Origin: Lytechinus pictus
Lineage: Eukaryota
Reading direction: 5' to 3'
Assembly: GCF_037042905.1 (NCBI RefSeq)
Contig: NC_087250.1
Coordinates: 13,394,001-13,458,000 of the forward strand
Length of the DNA stretch: 64,000 nt
Every line of letters begins with the position of its first letter. The first letter of the stretch is position 1. Under the pieces are notes generated by a model. That model had not been told where the DNA came from, ran no database searches, and saw nothing but the letters and a program-made list of their open reading frames with translations. The position numbers were made by a program, and so were the translations under genes. Below are positions 12,058-25,477 of this stretch, one piece after another.

Positions 12058-12343
12058 TCGGGTCAAGATCACACTTTTCATTTGCCAAGTACATAAAGCA
12101 GCTTGAAAACAAGAATACTGCACTCTGATTGGTCAAAGAGACCACACATTGGCAAATTCCAACGGTTCTAGTGCCTGTATTCATGGGAAGGTCACACTTC
12201 CCATGTGGTAATCTCCTCAAATACCCCGCGCCTGTTGTTCTGTGAACCTTATCCAGCCAATCAGAACTCTGGATTTCATGCAAGTACAAAATTTCAGAAA
12301 TCTCGTCTTGTACCTTGGTGGAAAAAGTGTGATCTTGACCCGA
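12058..12343. mobile_element. MITE with 21-bp TIRs flanked by TTAA
   Basis: ttaa|tcgggtcaagatcacactttt ... aaaagtgtgatcttgacccga|ttaa. Confidence 0.7.
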
Positions 12344-12996
12344 TTAAAAGGTGCCGCATATCAAGAGTGGCATTGTGAGAAAGTACAGAAGTTCAGCTTT
12401 ATGGTGATATAGATATCATTGAGGCTCAAAATAAAAAGTTTTGCACAATTTGCAAAAGAAAACAGAGGAAGAAAATTCAGTTTTGAGGCACATTTTCAGG
12501 CCAGAAATTTACTTATTTAACAAAATATTGTATACAAAATAAATGACCAATATGGAAGAGTAACATTTACTCTATCTGATGGTGCAATAATATTTCATTT
12601 AACTTGAGGTTAAAACAGGTAAATTCTTAGAGAAAGAAAACTCACGAATCACGAGATTTTGCAAGGAGGAGGATTCAGCCACGAGATGATTTGGATGAAT
12701 CTGGCCTTTTTGCTCATTAGCATAGGGACCTGCGGTCTGACTGATCCCCACTGCGTTGGGCCTGAGATTAGTCTTGGTATTCAGACACAGTATGTTTCAG
12801 CCATTGTATATTTTTTTAAATTACGATTTGAGCTCTGTTAATTATGAAAATCAAATTGTTATTTTGAAAATAATTTTGTAGAATTAGTGTGAAATAAGTA
12901 TTAAGAGCAAAACTGCAAGTAAACTTCAAGAATTTTGTTTGATAAGTGATTTTTTTGTTGGAATGCGTCTGAATGTCTAGAATATGGTATTGTTAA

Positions 12997-13591
12997 AGGG
13001 GAATCCAACCCAAATAAAAACTTGTTTTTATAAGAAAAAGAAAAATCAGACAAGTTGATAGGTGAAAGTTTGAACAATATTGGACAAGCAACAAGAAAGT
13101 TATGAATTTTTAAAAGTTGTAAATATTGGTAATCACTATACCCATGGAGACTTCAAATTGGCCGCATATGGGATGTCATAGTGATGTAAGGCAAGGACTA
13201 CTCTTCCATGTACTCCAATACATATTATGGCTAAAATGTCATTTTCCCCAAAAGTTTTTATTCAAATTATATTTTTCTTTCATTGGGACATAAAACAATA
13301 TACTACCTGTGTCATATTTAGATTACTGCCCCAGGGGAATGGGTACTTAGGAGAAAACCACAAATCCCTGATAATAAAGTACATGGCCTACGGGAAAGTT
13401 GTCCTTGCCCCTTGTCATAATATACTTACCCAGTTGCCAATTTGAAATCTACATACTATTAATGATCTCAATTTTAAAGCAGCTATAACTTTCTTATTGC
13501 TTGTCCGATTTCTTTCAAACTTTCACCATTCTGTTTAATTTATTTTTCTCCTTCCCAACACAACATTTTATGGCCAAGGCTGGATTCCCCT
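12997..13591. mobile_element. Kolobok-like element, second family
   Basis: ttaa|AGGGGAATCCA ... TGGATTCCCCT|ttaa; TTAA TSD with RR...YY termini. Confidence 0.75.
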
Positions 13592-13754
13592 TTAATGAAA
13601 GTCGTATTTTTGAATGGCACAGAAAGCTCCTTTCATGAATTTAATTTAGAAATAGGTTTACATACATGAGATGTGTTTCATGAATTTGATATCTGATTTA
13701 TGGACCTTTGTTATGGTGTTAATTATTATTTTGAAGATATTATGAAAAAATAAG

Positions 13755-14610
13755 AGAAGACAATAATGAGGCAACAGTGATGATGAGACATTAATAATAT
13801 GAGACAATAAATATTGAGACAATTATAATAATTATTATTACAATAATAATTATTATGATTATAATGATGACAATTATAATTATAATAATTATAATTGTAA
13901 TAATTATTGAGACAATGTTAATGAGACATAAATTCTAGTATTTATTGACAATAATAATTATTACAGTAATCATTATTATAATAAAATAGTTGTAATGATA
14001 ACAATTATAATGATGTAATTTGAATTGTAATAATTACTGAGATTATAATATTAATGAGATATCAATAATAATCATTATAATAATACTTATTTATAATTAA
14101 AATAAATATAATTGTAGAAATAATTATAATTAAAGGCTTTATAATTATTGAGACAATAATAACTATTATTACAATAGTAATAATTATCATAAAATAATTA
14201 TAATGATAACAATTATAATGAAAGTAATTGTACTTGTAATAATTACTGAGACAGTAATATTGATAAGTCATCAATAATGATTATTATCATGAAAATTATT
14301 ATAATTATAATTATAAAAATAATCATAATTATAATTAAAGGCCTTATAATTATTGAGACAATAATAATTATTATTTCAATAATAATTATTATTATGAAAT
14401 AATTATAACAATAATTACTATAATAATAGTAATTATAATTGTAATAATTATTTAGAAAATAATATTAATGAAACAAAAATAATTATCATGATAATAATTA
14501 TTATAATTATAATAATAATTGGGACAATAATGAAACGATGATGAGACAATAATAATATCAACAATTTTATTGAGACCACAATAGCAAGACAATAATGAGA
14601 TAATAGACAA
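13755..14610. repeat. AT-rich degenerate minisatellite (gagacaataat / attataat motifs)
   Basis: Recurrent gagacaat and ataatt motifs in extremely A/T-rich sequence. Confidence 0.8.
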
Positions 14611-17600
14611 TTGAAATCAATCTGTTTTTATTTTTTGATAGAAATCCTAAGATTATTATTTTAATTCTCTTTCTTTGATTACAAATAATATTCATTGAAA
14701 ACTTATAATTTCTAATGTTCAAGCAAAGAAAATCAATATCAAGTCATGTTTACCCTGTGCACAAACCTACCACAGGGCAATTACCCCCGAAACAGGGTTA
14801 TGTTAGGTGTAGATTTTTGGATAGGGGTACAGACTACAGTGTAGTTGTCCGGGGGGGGGGGTAATTGTCCAGGGTGGGGGTGGGGGAGGGGAATTGTCCG
14901 GGGGTGGGGGTGGGGGGTTATCGTCCAGGGGTAGTTGCCCTTGAACCAAAGAAATCATATGCCAATATGTCAAATCAATCTGAGTACTTTAAGATTTAAA
15001 TAAAAAGCTTGTACAATTCCCCATAAGCTATGTATTATAAATGTGCCATGCCCAAAACAAAGAGAATAATAAGATTTCGCAATCTTCTTTTGTCCACAAA
15101 AAGCACTGTTTTTTCATCACAAAGATGACAATAACTTGACTTCTAGATATCGGAATTTGAAAATTCAAACAGTTTTGTGAATCGTAGATATTGAGCCTCA
15201 TTGTGAGCCAATCAAGTATGCTGGAACAGCCTTTCCTAATTTTCACCTGAAGTGCCTAGTCAAGGAGGATGATTGTTCAATCATGTTTCATCATTTGGAA
15301 ACTGGATTCTTTTGGAAGTGGAATATCAATGTTGACTTTTTAAATTAAAATGCACAATCTATAGTTTAATTTTTTCTTTTGTAGAAAAAAAAATTATTTG
15401 GAAACTTTTCAATCATGTTTCATTATTTTGAGACTGGATTTGCTTTTATTTATTTTTGTTTTCACTCTTGTAAGAAAATACATGAAAACTCAGAGGAAAG
15501 AATATTTCATTTCCTGATGGGTCTAAGTCCTGTATTTATGATTTTTCTTTCTGTTTTATTAATTGTATTATTTTTTGGGGGTTTCCTTTTCCTTTTTTTG
15601 TTTTTTCGTTTGGGGTGCAGGTGGGGGTTGTGTTTTAAACTGGAAAATGGGGATGGGATTGGTACAAGTTTTTGTGTCACTTTTGTTTCTCTTGTTTTGA
15701 GTGTTTGGAGCTTTGATGTCTGTTTTTGTTGTTTAGAGCTTTGATATCTGTTTTTTCCTGATTGTTTTTTTGTTTGTTTTGAAAGAAATAGACCACTCTT
15801 TTCCTTTTATTTTTGCTTCAACTAATAATTTGGTGCCTTTCAAGTCTATCCATGGGGAGATTGGTAAATTTGCATTGTTAAGTTCTTTTCCTCAAAATCT
15901 TACTAATTTTTTTGTTTTGTTTCATAATAGATTGGAAGTATGTGTAAAAAATTGTGTACATTTATGTGCATTGATTTTACACTAGAATCTGAATTTATTT
16001 ATTTTTTCTTAAAAAAGAGAGCTCAAACAGGGCCTTTGTAATACAATGTATACAAATTTAAGAAATGCATTGAAAACTAATGGAATATATTAAAGCTTAA
16101 TTTTTATCCTTCTTGATACTTGTAATAAATTGCACATAATGCTACATATATTTTGCACTCAACTGCTCATCCCTCCTAAAAAAATTGTAATCAAATGTCC
16201 ATTGTCTCTAAAATCAAAAGCTACATATATACCTGTATAACAAATTGTTGAAACGATAGAATACATAAGGAATTGGTGAAACAATCAAATACATCAAAAA
16301 ATAGCACACTTGTATTTTTATTTGGTCATACAAAGTACAAAAGGAATGATAATTTTCATATACCCCTGTACATACATGTATACAATACTAAAGTTTAGTA
16401 ATTTATATCAGAAAAACAAGGAAATACATTTGAAATTACAAAAACAATATTTTGAACAAATTCATTTAGGAAATTATCTACATGATGCTGTTTTGATGCC
16501 AACAAAATTATTTAAATTATCTATCATGATCACCTTCATTTGGCAAAAAAAGAGGCGTGTAATTGTGATTTTGCGTAATTTGCATAATTGATTAGAATTA
16601 ATTAGAAGAAATTATTTTACACATACACGTTTGTATTAAGAAGAAAAATTACAAAGTGAAATGATTACACATCAATTGAGCTTTTTTCACCTTTCCATTG
16701 ATACCTAAATTACTTCAAAGGGCTCAAAAGCAAAGAAGTTAGAGCCTGTTGAAGACTTTGGTTCAAAATGGTCACAAAAATCTGTTCTGTACATTCCATT
16801 GACTTTACATTAAGACAATGGCCACAAATTTGGATGAATACATGTATGCGCGACTTAAACTGGAATTACTTTACAATTTCTTGATGAAAATTAGAGTTCT
16901 TGGTATCATTTGAAAGGTCTTTTTAATAAGAGCTTTCAAATGATACCAAATTTATTGATATTTGATGATTTTCATTTTTTTTTGTCACATACCTACATAT
17001 TTATTGTAAAAATCCTACACCGAAACAAGCTTAAAAATAAGAAGCTTATTTTCTTTTCATCCTAATTTCACTCCATATCCATCTTCCTGTTAGCCCCGAA
17101 ATTGGTGATTTAGAGACAACATCGAGTTCCTCACACATATAAATAATTCGCTGCCGATTTCAAAACATCGCATGCGCGAGGGTCAGAGCTCCGCCGGATC
17201 TAGGGGGGCAAAGCCATGAAAGCCGGCCCATGCCTCCACCCCTCCCCTTTTGAGAGGCACAATTAAAATTTGTGATGTAAAAATGCCATTAAAACAGAAG
17301 TGTGCCCCCCCCCCTTTTTAAAGTGAAGACTTTTTTTTTTTGCTTGTATAATTTTTCCTCAGGGAAATGTGCCCCCCCCCCATTTGGAGAATCTTGGATC
17401 CGCCCCTGTTTATATTATATTGGATCGCTCAGAATGGAATACCAGAAATATTACAAGAGTTTGGGAAAATATGTCACAAATCGCATATGAGTGGAATATT
17501 GGCTCTAACGAGTGGAATATTTCTGGTATTTCATGAAATATAGCCATCCAATAAAATTATTATCATCTATCGAACCCCTCCCCCCCCCCAAAAAAAAAAG

Positions 17601-18070
17601 AAGAATAAATTTGATTTAACAAGTCATATCACTTATCACATTATGGCATCATCATTTCATAGGATCGGTTTTGGTCGTTGACATGCGACTTTCGGTAGTC
17701 CATTATGACGTCATGGAGCATAATTGTGATCTATGCTTTACATGTATCGCATTGCTTTCATTGTGTGCGTTTTATATTTCACGCATTCGTGCATGTGCAC
17801 TTGACTGTTAAATATGGTCTCATACTCAACGGCAAATTTTGTACAGAAGCCTATAGATGGGATATTCTTCGGATTTCGGTCTTATTTAGGGATAGGCTCT
17901 GATATTTCACACTCAGGAAGTTGATGCAGACCAAAATACACCTTTTTAAGGTATCGCTAAAACACTCTATATAGATGATTATGTCTTTTCCTTTATTAAT
18001 GATACCATCTCACTCTCTCTCTCTCTCTCCCTCTCTCCAGAGTACATAGGTCCTAGATCATACAAGGGAA

Positions 18071-18196
18071 ATGACAGGCATGGAATTGGACCCAATTTTC
18101 ACAAAGGCGTTGGCCCTCTTGCGGTCTAGGAGCAAGGACTCGACCGACCAATTGAAACAGATGTTAGATGATGTACTTGGCAAGACCTCAGGAAAG
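18071..18196 (+). CDS. INTS12: INTS12 first coding exon (exon begins 18041 after a CT-rich acceptor, so a non-coding exon lies upstream)
   Basis: MTGMELDPIFTKALALLRSRSKDSTDQLKQMLDDVLGKTSGK versus human [33 protein letters not shown]; donor AAG|gtttgc. Confidence 0.92.
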
Positions 18197-19042
18197 GTTT
18201 GCAATCAATTGGATTTATAATGGCAGAACTGGCCAATCAAATTTATTATTGTATATGCCTTTTGTTTGATACACTCACCGGGAACCAATCAGCGCTGTTC
18301 TTTCTTCTTTGAAATTGTGTGTGGCCCTGGTTTATACAGTGCATCCCACAAAGAGGACAGTTAGTCAAGATCTGTTCAAGATGCTATGAGTTGAATATAG
18401 CGTCTCTTTCTTTCACCGAATGCAAAATCTTGCACCATTGCACGAATAAGAATATTTGGTATTTGTGTTGTACAACGCCTTGGAATTTAGCGAAAATATG
18501 AGAAAAAAAAAAGTTTTTCCCTGCAGTAATCTATGAAAAGGGAGCAAAAATATTGAAAGCAAAAACCAAAATCCCACAAGCGCACATGACCTTGGGCAGT
18601 ATTGTGTATTTAGCCAGCAGGCTTATACGCGTATTGCACCTTATTACTGAGCGCAATGAATTAAATCGTATTGTGACGTCACCTCCTAAAGCCGTGCAAC
18701 GGTACAATTTGGATGGTACGTGTTGTGTGCAACGGTACAAATGTTTGACATTCAGTCTCCCATTTGCTCGCGTACAACAAGCTAAGTAGGCGATGTACAA
18801 CGTTAAATGTATTAATTAGGAGGACAAAAGCCCCTAGAAGTGGAAATTACTTTCTCTCCTGTGCACAAGACTTTAATCTGTTGACTACTGAATTCTGTGA
18901 TTCCCATAGGTTTTGTACAGGAATCACCCGGTTCCAGTTGGCAATGGGTTAACCTGTTGACTACTGAGTTATGTGATTCCCATAGGCTTTGTACAGGAAT
19001 CACCCTGTTCCAGTAGGCAGTGGGTGAATATCTGTTCATCTG

Positions 19043-19195
19043 GGCCCGTTGCAGAAAGAGTTGCGATCAAACGCAACTAAAAAAATCTTGCGCAACTTGA
19101 TTTTCAGCCAATGAAGCACCCGTATTTGGGAAAATACGGGCTTGCGCTTTATATGTTGACTTGCGTTTAAATGCAACTCTTTCTGCAACAGGCCC
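19043..19195. mobile_element. Harbinger-like MITE, same family as 40222-40366
   Basis: ctg|ggcccgttgcagaaagagttgc ... gcaactctttctgcaacaggccc|ctg. Confidence 0.75.
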
Positions 19196-19298
19196 CTGAT
19201 GGGCCATGCACATGTGATCAAACTTATAGTTGGGGGAAGTTAATGCTGAGGAGACACTTCACATAACACTCTTGTGATTTTGTTTCCTCCCTAAGCAG

Positions 19299-19388
19299 CT
19301 GAGCAGTAAGCCTGCTTCTCCGTCAGTGACTGCATCAAGGACTGAGATTCCTACCAAGAAAACAACTGTGAAGAGACCTGCTGAAAAG
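19299..19388 (+). CDS. INTS12: INTS12 coding exon 2 (NAGNAG acceptor; may start at 19296)
   Basis: taagcag|CTG ... AAG|gtgatg; ends KRPAEK, like human KRPADK; phase 0/0. Confidence 0.8.
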
Positions 19389-19715
19389 GTGATGATGATG
19401 ATGGTGATGATGATACTGATAATAATCATTGGCTTTTACATAGCGCAATATCAATCTACAACTGGTCAAATCACTTTACAATTATTATTACCCGGTCACT
19501 GGATTCATAGCAATTCAAGCAGCCTGTTAGGCGTACACTTGCTAAGCCAACCACACTGACGGTTGTTTCCTACCGGTACCCAATAAGCATCTGGGTTAGA
19601 GTGGCAAAGTGTGGATTGATGCCTTGCCAAAGGATGCTAGGCCATGGTTGGATTTGAACACACAACCCTCTGTTTACAAGGCGACAGTCAGAACCGCTAC
19701 ACCACAGCGCTTTCA

Positions 19716-20017
19716 CAATGGTGATGATGGTGTTGATGGTGATGGTGATGTTGATGGTGATGGTGATGATGATGGTGATGATGATGGTGGTGATGATGGT
19801 GGTGGAGATGATGGTGTTGATGATGATGATGATGGTGGTGATGGTGATGATGATGGTGGTGGTGATAGTGGTGGTGATGATAATTATGATGATGCTGATG
19901 ATGGTGGTGTTGATGATGATGATGGTGATGGTGATGATGATGATGATGGTGATGATGATGGTGTTGATGATGATGATGGTGGTGTTGATGATGATGATGG
20001 TGGTGGTGATGATGATG
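19716..20017. repeat. (GAT/GGT)n microsatellite
   Basis: Read directly from the sequence. Confidence 0.95.
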
Positions 20018-20683
20018 AATTAGTGCACACCACGAGTTATTTATTTATTATTTATTATTTATTCGGCAATTCACACAAAATATAACAATGTAAATATGAG
20101 TACACAAACAATTATAAATGCAAAATCTTACTGGCGGTCCTCTGAATGCATCAGTTGGCTGCCGGGGAAGAGGAAAGCAAACTTAATCACTGTAACCGTA
20201 ATGGTCCCTCTTCCCGACCAACTGGTGCACATAGAAGACCTGTAAGATATAGCATGAAGGTAAATAAAATGTAAAATGTAAAACATTTCATAAACTAAAC
20301 AACTAACAAAAACAAAGTACAAGGAGAACATGAAACTAATATGTATGATGACACTAGGTCATGACACGATACTGAGCTTAAACATGAGGAATTAATTCTG
20401 GCTTAAAAACTATTGCATAAAATGTAAAGTAAGCAAACTGAAACGATGAAGTATAAAACTGAGAGTTAGTAAACAAGTGGGTCAGCTCCATATCTCATAG
20501 TATCGCACCAAATTTTTCTTTTGTGTGAATGATATTGGACGTAAAGCTAATTAGTTGAGAGCTCTTTTTAAAACTCATCAGCTTTTATAGAATACTCCTA
20601 TGAAAATGACTGACTGAGTACACCACGTGAATAGAAAACAAATATCCATCACTGATGCTATTCGTGTCTGATTTTGCCCACAG

Positions 20684-20912
20684 TCAAGTTTTGGAGCGGC
20701 TCTTTCCAGTGGCGACACTGGCGTTGTTGCGAAGAAACCAAAGATAGAGGCAGAGGTCCGGCAGTCCAAGATTCAACCACGGAAACCGGTGATCGATGAT
20801 GACGATGATGACGACCACGACCAGTCTGTGGAGGAGGATGACGAAGATGACACGGACGATGATCAGACGGAGGAGAAAGAAGAGAAAACAAGTCAGAGCA
20901 GCGAGGAAGAAG
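20684..20912 (+). CDS. INTS12: INTS12 coding exon 3 (acidic)
   Basis: cacag|TCA ... GAA G|gtatgg; contains KKPKIE (human KKPRLE) and a D/E tract; phase 0/1. Confidence 0.8.
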
Positions 20913-21654
20913 GTATGGATATCGTCTTACAAAAGATTTGCGATTGATCCAAACAACCTCAACTATGGAAAGCCAGTAATATCAACATCTAACATTCAAG
21001 ATTCTTTTATTGGTCAATATATAAATACAAAGATATTTGGTTTCCAATGGCGTGTTTTCCTTCAGCAAAAATTTTATTCGCACTGTGCTGCACTCGACCC
21101 AGGTGAGGTGAATGGGTACCCGTCAGGATTAATTCCTTGCATGCACTGAGCGCCGGTGATGGTAGCTCGAGCTAAAGCCGGAACCATGTACCCAGGGGTC
21201 GCATTTTTGGTCTCAAAAGTTGCGTAAGACTTAAAATTAAAAATGTCAGCGAGTGACGCAGTCCAAAAGGACACTGTTACATCCGCACAAGCTGGAAGAA
21301 ATACTCAATTAATCATATGACTTATTTCTTCAAGCTTTGATGCATGATTTAACTATGTACCACCTACTTATGCAAATTTTGACATGAAAGAAATTCATGG
21401 TCTCCTGTTATATAGAAAATTACAGAACTTTTGGATGAAACAAAGACACAGTGTCCTGTTACCTTCAAAACCCTATTTTTCTTATTTATTTTTGAAAAGC
21501 ATCATGAAATGACATGTCTGTGATGTTCACACACTTCCTATAGGCACCACAAATATTATATGTAATGACCTTGTTTAGTTGTGTAATACTTCTGAAGTTA
21601 TGATAACATGTCACACATGCGGTCCAAAGGCGGTGGAATGACCCGGCTTTCAAC

Positions 21655-21828
21655 ATTCATTCATTCAATCATTTGTTCATTCATCCATCCATTCATTCAT
21701 TGATTTGTTTATTCATTCACTCACTCATTCATCCATCCATCAATTCATTTATCCATTCATTCATTTATTCATCCATCCATTCATTCATATATTTATTCAT
21801 TCATTCATTCATCCATCCATTCATTCAT
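21655..21828. repeat. (CATT/CATC)n microsatellite
   Basis: Read directly from the sequence. Confidence 0.9.
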
Positions 21829-21866
21829 TTGTGCTTGATGAGGAGCCTGTAATTAATTTCTTTCAG

Positions 21867-22030
21867 ATGATGAGAGGGGATCGAGGAAGGCGGAAGAGAA
21901 GCTGGGAGCCTCTGTCGGCGATGATGACGAAATGTGGCTGGGTTTAGCCTGTGTGGTGTGTAAGGATCTGGATATATCAGCTGGTAACACACTGATTGAA
22001 TGTCAAGAATGCCATAATCTTTATCATCAG
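21867..22030 (+). CDS. INTS12: INTS12 coding exon 4, N-terminal half of the PHD finger
   Basis: tttcag|AT ... CAG|gtaagt; [30 protein letters not shown] versus human [30 protein letters not shown]. Confidence 0.93.
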
Positions 22031-22109
22031 GTAAGTAAGACTACCGGTGGTGTTAGCGGTGGTGGTGGTGGCGATGATGGTTATTTTGATGATTGATGGT
22101 TGTTATGGT

Positions 22110-22425
22110 GATGGTGGAGATGATGACCATGCCGTGTGGCTCGGTTTAGCCTGTGTGGTGTGTAAGGATCTGGATATATCAGCTGGTAACTGATTGAATG
22201 TCAAGAATGCCATAATCTTTATCATCAGGTAAGTAAGACTACCGGTGGTGGTGGTGGTGGTGATGATGGTTATTTTGATGATTGATGGTTGTTATGGTGA
22301 TGGTGGAGATGATGACCATGCCGTGTGGCTCGGTTTAGCCTGTCTACTGTGTAAGGATATGGATATATCGACCGGCAAAAATGTTAAGAATGCAATAATC
22401 TTTGTCATCAGGTAAGTCTGACTAC
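22110..22425 (+). repeat. Two degenerate tandem copies of the INTS12 PHD exon 3' half plus its 5' splice site
   Basis: ggtttagcctgt...catcag|gtaagt repeated, with donors at 22229 and 22412. Confidence 0.9.
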
Positions 22426-22427
22426 CA

Positions 22428-22436
22428 GTGATGATG

Positions 22437-22486
<50 letters not shown>

Positions 22487-22497
22487 GATGATGGTGG

Positions 22498-22538
<41 letters not shown>

Positions 22539-22721
22539 GTAATGGTGATGATGATGATGGTGATAATGATGGTGATAATGATGGTGATGGTGATGATGAT
22601 GATGGTGATGATGGTGATAATGATGGTAATGGTGATGATGATGGTGATGATGATGGTGATGATGATGCTGATGGTGATAATGATGCTGATGGTGATAATG
22701 AAGTGATGATGGTGATAATGG

Positions 22722-22752
<31 letters not shown>

Positions 22753-22772
22753 GATGGTGATAATGATGATGA
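22428..22772. repeat. (GAT)n microsatellite
   Basis: Read directly from the sequence. Confidence 0.95.
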
Positions 22773-22956
22773 TGAAGCAGACAATGATCGCAATAGCGAA
22801 GATTAAATGATGGTGCAGGTCTACATTCATGTTACTTTACATATTCATATTATCTGCCACATTTTGAAAAAAGGAGTTTTTCATTTCCTGTCTTGTTTTG
22901 TCATCAGTTATTCATGGTTTTCAAGTTATTATTGGTGTTTTTTTATCATTTATCAG

Positions 22957-23049
22957 AAATGCCATACCCCGCCTGTCACTGATGCAGATCCTAACGACCC
23001 TAGACTGGTCTGGTATTGCGCAAAGTGTAAACGCAACATGAAGAAACTG
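22957..23049 (+). CDS. INTS12: INTS12 coding exon 5, C-terminal half of the PHD finger
   Basis: tatcag|AAA ... CTG|gtaagc; [31 protein letters not shown] versus human [31 protein letters not shown]. Confidence 0.93.
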
Positions 23050-25318
23050 GTAAGCACACTACCTTTTTTTCATTTTTACTTACAAAAACTTCTCTTTTTT
23101 TACGTCCTATTAAAATGTAAGCATATTCTATCAATGAAAGTGTAAACGCAGTATGAAGGGACTGGTTACGACACAATCTCTTTTTTTTACCTCCTAAAAT
23201 GCAACGTTCTCGCCAGGTTCATTCTGACCGGGAGGAGGGTGCCCTTCACGAGCATGATATATATTTTTAGTCATTTGTAATGAATACTTAAATATAACGA
23301 TATTGTTGTTCTTATTAATTAATTGTGAATTTTGAAATATGTTTTGAAAGTATAGCTTAATTGACAGGAAAGCAGATTTCTATTTTTACATATTACACTA
23401 TGTATCATTACAGCGTGTGTGAAAGAGAGAGGAAGGGGGGGGGGGGGTTGGAGGATGGTCGAAGGGAGAGAGCAAAGGGAGGGGTCGTGGAAAATGAAAA
23501 GGGGATGTTGAGATCATTTGTGTGGGATTGGTGAAGAAGTCGAAGCGAATACATGTTTAAAGACGTGTCTACACTACTTATTATTATGACGGCTGAATAA
23601 TCTTTCTTTACATGTATTTTTGGCGATTTAAAATTTTTAAAAATGTTTTCTTGAGTGGGAAGAGGTACGTGATTCAATAAATTGCAACACAATATAACCA
23701 TAGGTGCAGTTTTAAAGTTACAGAAATTCACGAACAGATTATTAAAAATGAAAAAAAAGGAGTCAGAAAGATCTTCTTAATTCTATAGCCCCCATCCAGC
23801 GTAAACAACATGAAGAATATTTGAGGTCACGAAATCAGCTGAATCGCACTCGAACAACAGGTTAACAGGTCCCGTACGTGGCACACATTCCAAGGGTGGG
23901 ATTTCAGGGAAACCTGTTTTCAAGCACAATGATTGGCTCAACCAAGAAATTGAATACAAATTTGATCACGTGTCATCGGCTTTGGTGCGTCTGTTCACAT
24001 TCCAACTCATTTCATAAATATCGCCCACTCGCAGTAATTAGGCTAACGACGTTGTAAAGATAACTCTTTATAAAGCATAATTCCGATATAAAACATAAAG
24101 ACAAGTGAAATTTAACAATTCATGCAACGATATTCAAATTATACTAGCAACTCATGTGGGCATGAACAAACGAAATACATTTCCTCTAAAACGTTCACAC
24201 AAATCAACTTCAATAATTCATACTTGAAATGAATATCTGTGAATGAATTGTCAATTACACTTTATCAGAAATATGTTTAATGGAGTATTATTATGTTGAA
24301 TGTGTACTTCTATCGAAATCTATTGAAACTCGTACCCCTCCCGACCTAAGGTGGATTTCTCAATTGCCGTAAAGATTATTCAGCCATAATCACAGTAGAC
24401 ACATCCATAAATGAATATTAATTTCATTTGCTCCGAACATTGACTTCTTTTCGCCAATCCCCTCCCTCACAAAGTCACAAACATCCAATCAATCATTTAC
24501 ATTGCCCACGACCACACCCCCCCCCCATTATTCTCCCTCCTTTACACAAATCAATTTTAAATAATATTTTATCGTAATTGTCAAGCACATGTACAACAAA
24601 TTCATAAAGTGCTGACAAATAACATTTCGTTCATTATTTCATTGGCAGGCAAAGATTAATAAAGAACAATACAAATGAAAATACAATGTACGTATAACTC
24701 ACATAAAAAAATGAGTCGTAATATGATAAAAAGTATGAATAACAATAACAAAAATTATTACGTATGAAAATTATAATAGATTCAATGAATATCTGAAGAA
24801 AAAAAAATTCAAATTAAATTAGACCCCCCCCCCCGGCCTGGATAGCGTTAACTGGGCTATTTCAGACCAGGATATATGGGGGGGGGGTCAATTTAACCCC
24901 CCCCCCCCTTCTGATCACACAATACCTGTTTACTACCAGACTGTAAAGTACAATTTTCAAAAAAACTTTATTAATTATTTTGAATTGACCTTTTACACAG
25001 ATTCATTTTTTGGAGCAATTTTGAGTCTGACGTGCACTAACAAAATGTTGCATAATTTCGGAACCGCGTACCCGGACATCGCAAATTCAATCTCAAAATA
25101 TGCGCAAGGCTTGAAAGTGATAAGTCAGTGAATGGCATGGTTAACAAATTTCGCACAACGGTGTTGTGACAGAAATTCAAGGGGGGTAAATTTGACCCTC
25201 CCCCCTCCCAGTTAAATAAGGGTAAATGGTGACCATAGAATAGCAAAAGAATTGGTAGCTAGTATGTACAATGAATGAATCAGTCAGTAAATATTTTTGT
25301 TATATCTCCTTTTGACAG

Positions 25319-25477
25319 GTTGCTAAGAAACCAACGAACCTCCCTGAGACGGTCATTACCAGTGGTTTGTCTTCGTCATCATCCTCCTCGTCATCGTCGT
25401 CAACATCGGGGAAAGAGCACGATAAGAACCAGGATCAAACAAGTCCCATGAATCTATTCAGAAGAGCTGACCCTAAG
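25319..25477 (+). CDS. INTS12: INTS12 coding exon 6 (Ser-rich)
   Basis: tgacag|GTT ... AAG|gtaagt; 53 codons open, ends LFRRADPK (human AFKRTEVK). Confidence 0.85.

Noticed and set aside
18873..19025. ~77-bp direct duplication (also the ~68-bp pair at 8891-8960 / 9034-9100)
   Set aside because: Real, but simple two-copy duplications with no splice signals or structure to suggest function.
19609..22830. Poly-Asp/Gly, poly-Met and poly-His ORFs (19609-20085, 19718-20023, 22408-22830)
   Set aside because: These are translations of (GAT/GGT)n microsatellites within INTS12 introns.
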